A stretch of 64,000 nt of DNA from Cyanobium sp. CACIAM 14 (GTDB lineage Bacteria; Cyanobacteriota; Cyanobacteriia; PCC-6307; Cyanobiaceae). The DNA lies in contig JMRP01000009.1 in assembly GCA_000708525.1 (NCBI GenBank), positions 2,588 to 66,587 on the forward strand. The letters run 5' to 3'. The position numbers and the translations under genes were made by a program. Numbering within the stretch: the first letter of the stretch is position 1; each line of letters begins with the position of its first letter. The notes beneath the pieces were generated by a model. That model was not told where the DNA came from, did not search any database, and saw only the letters and a program-made list of their open reading frames with translations. Below, one piece after another: positions 39,743 through 48,814 of this stretch.

Positions 39743-40259
39743 ATCCCCTGGAGGGCGCCATGAAGGAGCCCGGGCTCCTTGGGAGCCCGGGCTGCGCTGG
39801 AACGGATGAAAGTCGGTTCTGCTGACGTTCTGGTCCTCAGGGACCGGTGATGGGTGATGGGGAAACGGGCCGGAGCCACGATTCCGTCATGGTCTCGCCA
39901 TCGAAGCGGTGGTCAGCGATCAGTTGGATCCGAGCGGATCCCTGGAAGCTGGTTTCGGAGTGGGAGCTGCGGAGGGAGGCACCTGGGGCCTAGGCATCCA
40001 GGAAGGGCTTCCATGAACCCGTGGGCACCTGAGGCGGCGCGTCGGGTGATCCTCAGGGGATCGGGAAACCGGGAAATCGGAACAAGACTGTTGGAGCAGG
40101 GGCCTGCAGTCAACAAACTCCTGACAACTGACCGGGTGGTGTGTCATCCATCGCTGGAGCCTCCTGGTTGTTGGACTCACTCTCTTCCCGCCGGCGTCCG
40201 GTGGCCATAGGCATTCCTGCCGGTTTTTCGGGGCGCTGGGCTGTCCGCCGCCTGCCTGC

Positions 40260-41507
40260 TCAGTCGTCGCTGCGCTCCATGATCAGGGCCTCGTAGGCGT
40301 GGCAGAAGGCGTCCCCCAGGGAGGCTCTCAGGGGCGCGTCATGCCGGAAGGCCTCCAGCGCATCGGCCTGGGAGGTGGGCAGCGGCAGGGCACCCGCCGG
40401 GGCCTCGAGGTACGTGTTCACATCGCTGCGGGCCCCGGGGTCGAGCTCGCGCTCGATGCCGTCGAGGCCCGCCGCCAGCACGGCGGCCTGGAGCAGATAG
40501 GGATTGGCGGCCCCGTCCCCAAGACGCAGCTCGATCCGCTGGTCGTCGGGGATGCGCACCATGTGGGTGCGGTTGTTGCCGCCGTAGCTGATCCAGGACG
40601 GCGACCAGGTGGCCCCTGAGCAGGTGACCGACCGGGCCAGCCGCCGGTAGCTGCCCGCCACCGGATTGGTGAGGGCGCACAGGGCCGGGGCGTGCTGCAG
40701 GAGACCGGCCACGAAGCGGTAGGCCAGATCCGAGAGCCCTTTCTCGCCATCGGGGTCATGGAAAACGTTGTGACCCGCCTCGTCCCAGAGGGAGGCGTGC
40801 AGGTGCGCCCCGTTGCCCGTGAGTTCCGGGATCGGCTTGGGATGGAAGCTGACCCGTACCCCATGCCGTTCTGCAAGGGCGGCGGCCATGACGCGGAAGA
40901 AGGCGTGCCTGTCGGCGGTCAGCAGCGATTCGGCATAGGTCCAGTTGAGCTCGAACTGGCCGTTGGCGTCCTCGTGGTCGGCTTGGTAAGGCCCCCAGCC
41001 GAGGCTTTCCATGGCTTCCAGCAGCTCGCTGATCAGCGGATAGTGCCGCATCAGGGCCAGCTGGTCGTAGCAGGGCTTCGCCTGCCGGTCGAGGCCGTCC
41101 GCGATGGCGTTCCGTTCCGGGTCCATCAGGAAGAACTCCGCCTCCACGCCGCTTCGGAACTGCAGGCCCATGGCCGAGGCCCGGGCGATCTGGCGCTGCA
41201 GCACCCGTCGGGGAGACTGCTCCAGCAGTTCCCCCTCCACCTGCAGATCGGTGGCCACCCAGGCCACCTGGGGCTGCCAGGGAAGCAGCATCAGGCTGCT
41301 GGGATCGGGGATCGCCAGTACGTCCGGATCCGCCGGCGTCATGTCCAGCCAGGCGGCGAAGCCGGCGAAACCCGCGCCGGACCTGGCCAGCTCGGCGGCA
41401 GCGGCGGCGGGCACGAGCTTGGCCCGCTGCACCCCGAACAGATCGCAGAAGGAGAACAGGAAGTGACGGATGCCATGGGTGGCGGCGAAGCGGGCCAGGT
41501 CGGTCAT
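40260..41507 (-). CDS. Glutamine synthetase family protein (GS-I-like catalytic domain, substrate unknown)
   Basis: GVEAEFFL, HEDANGQFELN, GNGAHLHASL, SYRRL and NNRTHMVRIP. Confidence 0.8.
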   Translation of the reverse strand: MTDLARFAATHGIRHFLFSFCDLFGVQRAKLVPAAAAAELARSGAGFAGFAAWLDMTPADPDVLAIPDPSSLMLLPWQPQVAWVATDLQVEGELLEQSPRRVLQRQIARASAMGLQFRSGVEAEFFLMDPERNAIADGLDRQAKPCYDQLALMRHYPLISELLEAMESLGWGPYQADHEDANGQFELNWTYAESLLTADRHAFFRVMAAALAERHGVRVSFHPKPIPELTGNGAHLHASLWDEAGHNVFHDPDGEKGLSDLAYRFVAGLLQHAPALCALTNPVAGSYRRLARSVTCSGATWSPSWISYGGNNRTHMVRIPDDQRIELRLGDGAANPYLLQAAVLAAGLDGIERELDPGARSDVNTYLEAPAGALPLPTSQADALEAFRHDAPLRASLGDAFCHAYEALIMERSDD

Positions 41508-41546
41508 TCGGGGAAGCCGGAGGGTGGGGCTGAAGGGCCGGGAGGT

Positions 41547-42578
41547 TCAGACGGCGCAGAGCCGATCGACGGCCTGACGCAGCTGGAGCTGCTCCGCCGG
41601 GGCCTCGCGGGGATTGCCGGCCCTGTGGCCTAGGTCGGACTCGAGCACTTCGAAGCGGGCTCCGGGGATCAGTGCGGCTTCGGCCGCGCAGTCCTCGGGG
41701 GTGAAATAGAGGTCATGACGCCCCGCGATCACGACGGTGCGGGCCTCGATCCTGCCAAGGGCCTCCGCCAGATCGGCCTCGTCATTCCCCGTGGCGATCC
41801 CGGCGGCAGCAGCCACGTCGTTCGCCAGCCAGACGTCGAGCATGGCCAGCAGGTCGTGGGGGTCGTGGCGCCGGTAGGCCGGAAGCCAGGCCTGCTCCAC
41901 GTAGGCCTCGACGCTGGCGTAGCCAAGCTGGCGGTGGGCGCCGCGGCGATAGAAGGGTTGGCTGGCCGCCCAGCTGGCGTAGATCAGGGCGAAGGTGCGC
42001 AGACCCTGCTCCGGCAGCCCCCGGAAGCGGCGGCCGTCCCAGCGGGGATCGGCGGTGAGGGCCTGGCGAAGGCTGAGCAGGAAGACCCGGTTGTGGGGCG
42101 TGGTGCGGGCGGTGCCGCAGACGCAGCAGATCCGTGGGCTTCGCTGCGGCTCCAGGACGGCCCAGTGGTAGGCCTGCTGGGCTCCCATCGACCAGCCGTA
42201 GATCAGGGCCGGGGACCTCACCCCGAAGACGTCCTCCAGCAGCCGGCACTGGGCGGCCACGTTGTCGCGGTGGTCGACGGGCCAGCGGCCACCCTCCAGG
42301 CCGGGAGCGCCGGTGCTGGGGCTGCTGGAGCGTCCGTTGCCGAACTGGCTGACCAGCACGATGCACCAGCGCCGGGGATCGAGGATCGGTCCCACCACCC
42401 AGTCGATGTCCTCGGGCCAGGCGCCGTAGGAGCTGGGGTAGAGCACCAGATTCGAACGGTCGGAGGCCAGCGCGCCGTAGACCCGGTAGTCCAGGAAGGC
42501 GTCGGGGAGCACGCCACCGCCGGCCAGGGGGAGATCCCCCAGGGCGAAACGGTGGGCGGACGGGAGGACGGTCGGCAA
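41547..42578 (-). CDS. Alpha/beta hydrolase, homoserine-O-acetyltransferase (MetX)-like
   Basis: LVLYPSSYG ... IYGWSMGAQQAY (GxSxG nucleophile elbow) ... VIAGRHDLYF ... DLGH. There is no in-frame ATG near the 5' end, so a TTG at 42578 is proposed. Start is uncertain. Confidence 0.65.
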   Translation of the reverse strand: MPTVLPSAHRFALGDLPLAGGGVLPDAFLDYRVYGALASDRSNLVLYPSSYGAWPEDIDWVVGPILDPRRWCIVLVSQFGNGRSSSPSTGAPGLEGGRWPVDHRDNVAAQCRLLEDVFGVRSPALIYGWSMGAQQAYHWAVLEPQRSPRICCVCGTARTTPHNRVFLLSLRQALTADPRWDGRRFRGLPEQGLRTFALIYASWAASQPFYRRGAHRQLGYASVEAYVEQAWLPAYRRHDPHDLLAMLDVWLANDVAAAAGIATGNDEADLAEALGRIEARTVVIAGRHDLYFTPEDCAAEAALIPGARFEVLESDLGHRAGNPREAPAEQLQLRQAVDRLCAV

Positions 42579-42601
42579 GGGAAGGTGCGCCTGCGGTGGG
42601 G

Positions 42602-43570
42602 TCAGGGCAGGGCGAGGCGGGCAGGGTCGGCCAGGAAACCCCGGTGCACCGCCAGATAGCCGCGGTCGCAGTGCTCCATGCGGGGGGCCAGATGGGTGTG
42701 GGCTTCGGCGAGGGCGTGGAATGGCAGCGAAGGGTAGAGGTGGTGCTCGACGTGGAAGGGCATCTGCCACATCAACCGGCGCAGGGGCGGGAGCGTGAGG
42801 GTGGTGCGGGTGTTGCGCAGTCCATCGCAGCCGGTGCTGCAGCCGCCGTGTTCGGCCAGCAGCACGAACCGCAGCAGGGGCTGGCCGACGGCGAGGGGAA
42901 GCAGCCAGAACCAGAGGAGGGCACCGTTGGCGTGCCAGAGCGAGGCCAGCAGCAGCACGCCGTAGACCGCGAACTGCAGACGGATGGAGCGGGTGACGGT
43001 CTCCTCCGCCTCGGCGGGGATGTAGGGCCTGGCGCCGAAGTCGCCCCGCAGGCCGGCGAGGTGGCTGCGGATCTTGCCCAGCCACCACGGCAGGCCGCTG
43101 AGTTCGAGCAGGTACGCGCCGAGGCTGCTGGGAGGGGCTTCCTCGAGTTCAGGGTCGAGGCCGGGCTGGTGGGTGTAGCGGTGATGCCACTGGTGGTAGC
43201 GACGGTAGAAGTCGGCGTTGTAGAAGCTCAGCACCCCCGCCCACCAGGCCACCGCGTCGTTGAGCCCCTTGCTGGCGAAGGCGGTGCGGTGGCCGCACTC
43301 GTGCATGGCGCAGAAGCCGAAGGCCAGGCCCCAGCCGAGCAGCAGCACCCCCGTCAGCCTCAGCGCGACCGGGACCGGTGCCGGCAGGACGGCCAGCGGG
43401 GCACCCCACAGCAGCGCGCCCGTCACCAGGACAGTGACGTGGAAGGCCAGCTGACGCCATCCCGGACCGTCGCGACGGTCGTTGAGCCGACGAAGCAGCT
43501 CTCCCGAGAGCAGGGGGGCGGCGGTCTCGGGGTCGTGGACCGCTGGAGCGGAAGAAGGTGAGGCAGTCAC
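42602..43570 (-). CDS. Membrane fatty-acid-desaturase-family di-iron protein
   Basis: His boxes HECGH, HQWHHRYTH and HVEHH, with hydrophobic segments. A GTG at 43570 is proposed because the upstream part of the track ORF is Pro/Arg-rich. Confidence 0.7.
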   Translation of the reverse strand: MTASPSSAPAVHDPETAAPLLSGELLRRLNDRRDGPGWRQLAFHVTVLVTGALLWGAPLAVLPAPVPVALRLTGVLLLGWGLAFGFCAMHECGHRTAFASKGLNDAVAWWAGVLSFYNADFYRRYHQWHHRYTHQPGLDPELEEAPPSSLGAYLLELSGLPWWLGKIRSHLAGLRGDFGARPYIPAEAEETVTRSIRLQFAVYGVLLLASLWHANGALLWFWLLPLAVGQPLLRFVLLAEHGGCSTGCDGLRNTRTTLTLPPLRRLMWQMPFHVEHHLYPSLPFHALAEAHTHLAPRMEHCDRGYLAVHRGFLADPARLALP

Positions 43571-43842
43571 GGGGAGGCCAGGGGCAGACGGGGCCGGAGG
43601 CGGCGAGAACAGTGGAGGGAGCGGCGGGGCTGGGGAGGTGCAGGCCCACCAGAGGGGCTGGACGCCTCCGATACCCAGGAAGGTGCCTGGGCAAGGGGGT
43701 CTTGCGGGTGCTCTGGCAGGCTCAGCGGCTGGCCCGGTGGGTCGCCCAGGGTTTCGCCCACTGTCCCGCCTGCGGTCGCCCTCCGACCGTCCGCCGTGAA
43801 CCATAGGCCGATCAGGATGGCCCCTGCGCCGGGAGGGTTGGC

Positions 43843-44760
43843 ATGGTCTCCCGCCGGCGGCCAGGGACAGGGAAGAGTGGGGTGCGCCTCGATGGCCCGG
43901 TGACTCCGCTTCTCTTCTTCTCCCTTTGGGGCTTCGAAGGCTCCCTCCCCCAGGCGCTGGAGACCGCCCGGCGAGGTGGCTTCGAAGGCCTGGAGCTGAA
44001 CATCCGCCATCCCTCCCTCCTCGCGGATGGGGGAGGCAGCGAGCGGCTGCGTCGCTCGGGCAGGCCCCTGGTGCTCGAGGTGGTCACTGGCGGCGGCTAT
44101 GTGCCCGACCTGGCCTGCACGCCGGAGCAGCACCTGGCTGAACTCGAGGAGCTGCTGGGACGCTGCGCCTCCCTGGCTCCGCTGCGGGTGACGGTGCTCA
44201 CCGGCAGTGATGCCTGGTCGCAGGAGCGGCAGCGGGGCTTTCTGGCCGAGGCGCTGGCCGTGGCGGACCGATCCGGCCTGCGGGTGAGCTTCGAAACCCA
44301 CCGCTCCCGCTGCCTGGGCATGCCGTGGACGGTCGCCGACCTGCTGGAGGTTCTGCCTGGCCTGCGGCTCACGGCCGATCTCAGTCACTGGTGCGTGGTT
44401 GCCGAACGGTTGATGACCCCGGAACTGGAGCCCATCCAGGCAATGGCGGAGCGGGTGGATCACGTCCATGCCAGGGTCGGCCATGCCCAGGGGCCGCAGG
44501 TGTCCCATCCCTTCGCTCCCGAGCACGCCGAAGCCCTGGCGGCCCATCTGGCCTGCTGGCGGCTGTTCCTGGCCAAGGCCCATGGGCGTGGGGCTGCTCC
44601 GCCGACCTTCACGCCTGAATTCGGGCCCGATGGCTACATGCCGACCTTGCCCTTCACCGACCGGCCGGTGGCCGATCTGCTGGAGATCAACACCGCCATG
44701 GCGACCTGGTTGCGCACACGTCTGGAGACTCCTGACACCGATAGAGTCTGTTCAGAATGA
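43843..44760 (+). CDS. Xylose-isomerase-like TIM-barrel protein (sugar phosphate isomerase/epimerase family)
   Basis: GFEGLELN ... RVSFETH ... DLSHW ... HVHARVG, a pattern typical of the AP-endonuclease-2/xylose-isomerase-like fold. Confidence 0.65.
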   Translation: MVSRRRPGTGKSGVRLDGPVTPLLFFSLWGFEGSLPQALETARRGGFEGLELNIRHPSLLADGGGSERLRRSGRPLVLEVVTGGGYVPDLACTPEQHLAELEELLGRCASLAPLRVTVLTGSDAWSQERQRGFLAEALAVADRSGLRVSFETHRSRCLGMPWTVADLLEVLPGLRLTADLSHWCVVAERLMTPELEPIQAMAERVDHVHARVGHAQGPQVSHPFAPEHAEALAAHLACWRLFLAKAHGRGAAPPTFTPEFGPDGYMPTLPFTDRPVADLLEINTAMATWLRTRLETPDTDRVCSE

Positions 44761-44797
44761 ACAGAATGGATTCGTGAAGAACGCCAAAGGCCATTCC

Positions 44798-45010
44798 ATG
44801 CCCTCCAGCTCAGCAGGCCAGGCCAGCGACGCCGTCTTACCCACGGCCGGCTCCTCCCACCACCCGCACGACCCCCGGCGCCAGGCCCTGATCGCCTCCC
44901 TCCGGGTCCGCTACAGCGTTGCCGAGCAACGACGGGATGCGGAGGCCAAGCGGGCCCTGTTCAAGGAGGCCGCCTACCTGGGGATCCGCCCGGACGCCTA
45001 CCAGGGCTGA
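44798..45010 (+). CDS. Hypothetical small protein (70 aa)
   Basis: In-frame ATG within track ORF 44468-45010. The C-terminal half (LIASLRVRYSVAEQRRDAEAKRALFKEAAYLGIRPDAY) looks protein-like. Confidence 0.3.
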   Translation: MPSSSAGQASDAVLPTAGSSHHPHDPRRQALIASLRVRYSVAEQRRDAEAKRALFKEAAYLGIRPDAYQG

Positions 45011-46065
45011 ACCAGGCGTCGGTAGATCGCCTGCTGGTGGAGGATGCGTGCCTCCAGCCGGTGAGGGGGACCCGTTCGGAACCCATCCCCGTAGCCGCGC
45101 TGGGCCGACTCGACCAGGGCCCGGTCCTCGGCCAGGAACTGGGCCATTTCCGCCATCAGGGCCGCGCCTTCGGCCTGCCGTTCCCCGGGCCCGAGCAGCC
45201 ACACCTGCATGCGGCAGCGGTCGAGGCATTCCGGCAGGAACTGGATCATGGCCAGGCGCCCGTCGGGCCACAGCAGCAGGTGGTTCCAGGGAGGCAGTCC
45301 GTAGGTGAGGAACTCGCCCTCAGCGCCGATCCGCGCCGCCGTAGCGGGAGCATTCGCCGCGGCCGGCTCCGCCCAGGGGGTGGAGAGCACGTTGGCCCAG
45401 GTGCCGAAGCGATGGCGGTAGTGGCGCACGGGGCCCTGCAGCCGGTGCAGGGTGGTGGGGTGGGCGATGGCGACGTGGTAGTCGTCGAGGGTGTTGTCAT
45501 GGGCGATCTTCCAGTTGCAGGCGAGGGTCTGCTCGTGGAAGGCCAGCGGAACCAGAGACATCTCCAGGGCGGGGCCCGCTTCCCGCAGCGGCAGGTCGAG
45601 CTGCTCCTCCAGAGGGATCGGGTCGCTCCCCGGGGCCACCCAGATCAACGAGCCCAGCACCCGGCAGCCGAGACGCTCCAGCGGCCACTCGCGGCGATCG
45701 AAAGGCGCGACGAACTCCGCCTCCCGTGCCGCCGCCAGCAGCTGGCCCCGGAGGTCGTAGGTCCAGCCGTGATAGGGACACACCAGCCGCCGGCAGCTCA
45801 CGCTCCCCTCCCCCGGCTCGCGGAAGGCCACGGCCCGGTGGGGGCAGCGGTTGCGGAAGGCCTGCATCACCCCATCGCTTCCATGGCAGAGCAGCACGGG
45901 TGCGCCCAGGATCTCCACCGCCCGCACGTGATGGCGGGGCAGTTCGGCTTCGGCGGCGACGGGATGCCAGAAGCGTGGGGCGTAACGCTCGCGCTCGATG
46001 GCGGCGATGGTCTCGGAGCGATAGACCTCCGCTGGCAGAAAGGACGGAGAAGAGGCGGCGTCCAT
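44998..46065 (-). CDS. Rieske [2Fe-2S] / non-heme-iron oxygenase alpha subunit
   Basis: CPHRAVAF ... CPYHGWTY Rieske motif, and NWKIAHDNTLDDYHVAIAHP in the catalytic domain. The start is 46065 (MDAASS) or 46092. Confidence 0.85.
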   Translation of the reverse strand: MDAASSPSFLPAEVYRSETIAAIERERYAPRFWHPVAAEAELPRHHVRAVEILGAPVLLCHGSDGVMQAFRNRCPHRAVAFREPGEGSVSCRRLVCPYHGWTYDLRGQLLAAAREAEFVAPFDRREWPLERLGCRVLGSLIWVAPGSDPIPLEEQLDLPLREAGPALEMSLVPLAFHEQTLACNWKIAHDNTLDDYHVAIAHPTTLHRLQGPVRHYRHRFGTWANVLSTPWAEPAAANAPATAARIGAEGEFLTYGLPPWNHLLLWPDGRLAMIQFLPECLDRCRMQVWLLGPGERQAEGAALMAEMAQFLAEDRALVESAQRGYGDGFRTGPPHRLEARILHQQAIYRRLVQPW

Positions 46066-46075
46066 GGAATGGTGC

Positions 46076-46843
46076 TCAGAGCAGGGCACCATCCAGGCCC
46101 CGCAGGCAACTGGCCAGCTCCTCGCGCAGCTCCAGGAAGGGCTGGGACACCCTCAAGTGGCGCAGGTCGGAGCGGTCCAGCGACACCGCCACCGACTGGA
46201 CGATCCTCCCGGGCCGGGGCGCCATGATGTGGACGGTGCCGGCGAGCAGCAGCGCCTCCTCGATGTCGTGAGTGATCAGCAGCACCGTGAAACCGGTGCG
46301 CCGCCAGAGGTCGTGCAGGAATTCCTGCATGGATTCCCTGATCTGAAGATCGAGGGCACCGAAGGGCTCATCCAGGAGCAGCACCTTCGGTTCGGTGGCC
46401 AGAGCCCGGGCGATCGCCACGCGCTGCTGCATGCCGCCGGAAAGTTCTCTCGGCAGCAGTCGCCCCGCATCGGCCAGTCCGACCACGTCGAGGAAATAGG
46501 CGGTCCGCTCGCGGATCTCCGCCTTGGAGCGTCCCTGGAGCGACATGCCGAAGGCGACGTTCTGCGCGGCCGTGAGCCAGGGATAGAGGCTGTACTTCTG
46601 GAAGACCATGCCCCGGTCGGAACCGGGCCCGCGCACCGGCTGGCCGTCGAGGCGGATCGAGCCTTCGCTGGGTCGGTCGAGGCCGGCGATCAGGCGCATC
46701 ACGGTGGATTTACCCGAACCCGAACTCCCCACAAGGGCCATGAACTGACCCGACACCAGTTCGAAGCTGACGCCATCGAGAACCAGCTTGCGATCCCGAC
46801 CTTCGCCGAAACTCTTGGAGACGTTGGAAACCTGGAGATGCAT
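46076..46843 (-). CDS. ABC transporter ATP-binding protein (NitT/TauT family type)
   Basis: GSSGSGKST (Walker A), LSGGMQQRVAIARAL, LLLDEPFGALD. Confidence 0.9.
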   Translation of the reverse strand: MHLQVSNVSKSFGEGRDRKLVLDGVSFELVSGQFMALVGSSGSGKSTVMRLIAGLDRPSEGSIRLDGQPVRGPGSDRGMVFQKYSLYPWLTAAQNVAFGMSLQGRSKAEIRERTAYFLDVVGLADAGRLLPRELSGGMQQRVAIARALATEPKVLLLDEPFGALDLQIRESMQEFLHDLWRRTGFTVLLITHDIEEALLLAGTVHIMAPRPGRIVQSVAVSLDRSDLRHLRVSQPFLELREELASCLRGLDGALL

Positions 46844-46847
46844 GGCG

Positions 46848-47624
46848 TCAATTGGCCCAGGAGCAGGCACGCCGCATCAGGAATCGGAAGCCCAGGTCGA
46901 TCATCAGGCCGATCAGACCGATCACGATCAGCCCCACGAAGATCTCGTCGGTACGTAGGAAACGCTGGGCCAGGCTGATGCGCTTGCCGAGACCTTCGGT
47001 GGCCGCCACGAGTTCGGCGACGATCACCAGATTCCATGCCGACGCCATGTTGATGCGGTAGGTGTCCAGCACCTGAGGGGCGATGTAGGGAGCCACGACC
47101 CTGGTGAGGATCGGCAGGCCCCTGCCACCGAGAGTGAGGGCCGTCTCCACCAGCTCGTGTGGCACGAACTTCACCGCATCCATGATCATCAAGGCGTTGA
47201 AGAAGAAGGTGCCGATGAAGATGAGCATCACCTTTGGAAGTTCCTCCAGCCCGAAATAGATGATCAGCAGGGGAATGAAGGCCGGCGCCGGCATGTAGCG
47301 GATGAGCGCCATCAGAGGCTCCAGCAATCGGCAGATCACCTTGTTGGTGCCCATGGCGATGCCTATCGGCAGGGCCAGACCCGCCGAGATCACGAAGCCC
47401 AGAAACACCCTGCGGATGCTGGCGATGGCATCCCCCACCAGGATCCCGCGCTGGAATTGACTGGCGCCCGCGTCCCACACCGCTCCGGGACTGGGAAGGA
47501 ACAGCTTGTCGACGCTGCCGCTGGCGGTGGTGAGCAACCACACCAGGAACACCGTGAGGATGCCGAGCACCCCCAGAAACCAGGGGTGGGCGAGGAGACG
47601 CCGCAGCGCCGGGTTGGAGGCCAT
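46848..47624 (-). CDS. ABC transporter permease (NitT/TauT family type)
   Basis: Six hydrophobic segments and an EAA-like loop (TLGGRGLPILTRVVAPYIAPQV). Confidence 0.85.
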   Translation of the reverse strand: MASNPALRRLLAHPWFLGVLGILTVFLVWLLTTASGSVDKLFLPSPGAVWDAGASQFQRGILVGDAIASIRRVFLGFVISAGLALPIGIAMGTNKVICRLLEPLMALIRYMPAPAFIPLLIIYFGLEELPKVMLIFIGTFFFNALMIMDAVKFVPHELVETALTLGGRGLPILTRVVAPYIAPQVLDTYRINMASAWNLVIVAELVAATEGLGKRISLAQRFLRTDEIFVGLIVIGLIGLMIDLGFRFLMRRACSWAN

Positions 47625-47629
47625 GGCGA

Positions 47630-48637
47630 TCAGCGGGCGTTGTCGACGAACTGGGAGTTGAACAGCTTCGTCAGGTCGGGTTTGCTCTTGGCGAGGCCCG
47701 TCTCCACCAGAAAGGCACTGATCTCCCCGGCGGCATAGGGAAGGGAGAGCATCGTGGTGCCCGGCTGGAAGTTCCTGCGGTTCTCCTCGAGGGTCTGGAT
47801 GGTGGTGCCGGCGTTGTACGCCTTGAACTCGGCCTCGCTGACGCCGGAGCGCGCCACCAGGATCGGCAGGGTGCCTGCGGGATCGTCCTTGATGGTCTTC
47901 AGCGTGGCGAACCAGGCATTGACGATCTTCTGGATCCTCTCGGGATTCTTGGCGACGAAGTCGGTCCGGCAGACGAGCAGATCACTGATCGCTCCAGGGT
48001 GATCCTTCGATGTGGACAGCGCCCGGCTCCCGGGGCGCTTCAGGGCCTGGGTGGTGAAGGGGGCATAGACCCCCGCCGCATCCACCTTGCCAGCGGCGAA
48101 GGCGGCGGCGGCCGCACCGGTCTCGAGGGGGACGAAGCTGATGTCCTTGGCCGAGAGACCGGCCTCGTGGAGCACCTTCAGCAGCAGGAAGTGATCGACC
48201 GTTCCTTCCTCCGCCGCCACCTTCTTGCCCTTCAGGCCAGGGATCGACTTGATTTCCGCGGCGGCGATGATCTGATCATTGCCCGTCGAGTAGTCGTTCT
48301 GGAGCACCACCTGCAGATCCGCCCCTCCGGCAATGGAGCTGATGGTGTCGTTGAGCGTCTGGCTGTTGCAATCGAGCTGGCCGGCGTTGAGGGCGTTGAT
48401 CGAATCGGTGTAGCCGTCGAACCACTGCATGGTGGCGGCCACGCCCTCTGCCTTGAACAGACCCTTCTCCTCGGTGACCTTCCAGGGGAACCAGCCCGGC
48501 CAGGCGCTGTAGCCGATCTTCACGGGCACCTCGACCTTCGAGGTGCCCTGGCAGCCGGCCAGCAGGCCGCCGCCGAGACTGAGGATCAGGGCCAGCAAGA
48601 GGACCCTGCGTCGAGGCGAGTGGTTGACGTGGAGCAT
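47630..48637 (-). CDS. ABC transporter periplasmic substrate-binding protein (NMT1/THI5-like, NitT/TauT type)
   Basis: Lipoprotein-type signal (LLAGCQG), then IGYSAWPGWFPW ... GKVDAAGVYAPF. Confidence 0.8.
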   Translation of the reverse strand: MLHVNHSPRRRVLLLALILSLGGGLLAGCQGTSKVEVPVKIGYSAWPGWFPWKVTEEKGLFKAEGVAATMQWFDGYTDSINALNAGQLDCNSQTLNDTISSIAGGADLQVVLQNDYSTGNDQIIAAAEIKSIPGLKGKKVAAEEGTVDHFLLLKVLHEAGLSAKDISFVPLETGAAAAAFAAGKVDAAGVYAPFTTQALKRPGSRALSTSKDHPGAISDLLVCRTDFVAKNPERIQKIVNAWFATLKTIKDDPAGTLPILVARSGVSEAEFKAYNAGTTIQTLEENRRNFQPGTTMLSLPYAAGEISAFLVETGLAKSKPDLTKLFNSQFVDNAR

Positions 48638-48714
48638 GGTGGTGGCCAGGTGAAACGAGGGGGCGGAGGATGGGATCAGATCGGGAATTGGTCGGCGGCT
48701 GCCGGTGGATTCAG

Positions 48715-48810
48715 GCTTCGGGCGATGGCGTAGGGGATGGCGTTGCAGATGGAGGCGCAGATTGCGTCGGGGATCTGGTCTGAGATCTGGTGAGCGATGG
48801 CGACGGAGAT
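48715..48810. repeat. Eight phase-locked degenerate 12-nt tandem units, each ending GAT on the plus strand (ATC-N9 on the minus strand)
   Basis: Units are gcttcgggcGAT, ggcgtagggGAT, ggcgttgcaGAT, ggaggcgcaGAT, tgcgtcgggGAT, ctggtctgaGAT, ctggtgagcGAT and ggcgacggaGAT. The array lies directly downstream of the GS-like stop (48815-48817). Confidence 0.8.
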
Positions 48811-48814
48811 CTCA

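Noticed and set aside
48715-48810. Considered whether the 12-nt tandem array could be a CRISPR or minisatellite
   Set aside because: The units are only 12 nt, directly abutting with no spacers, and no cas genes are nearby. It is reported as a repeat of unknown function instead.
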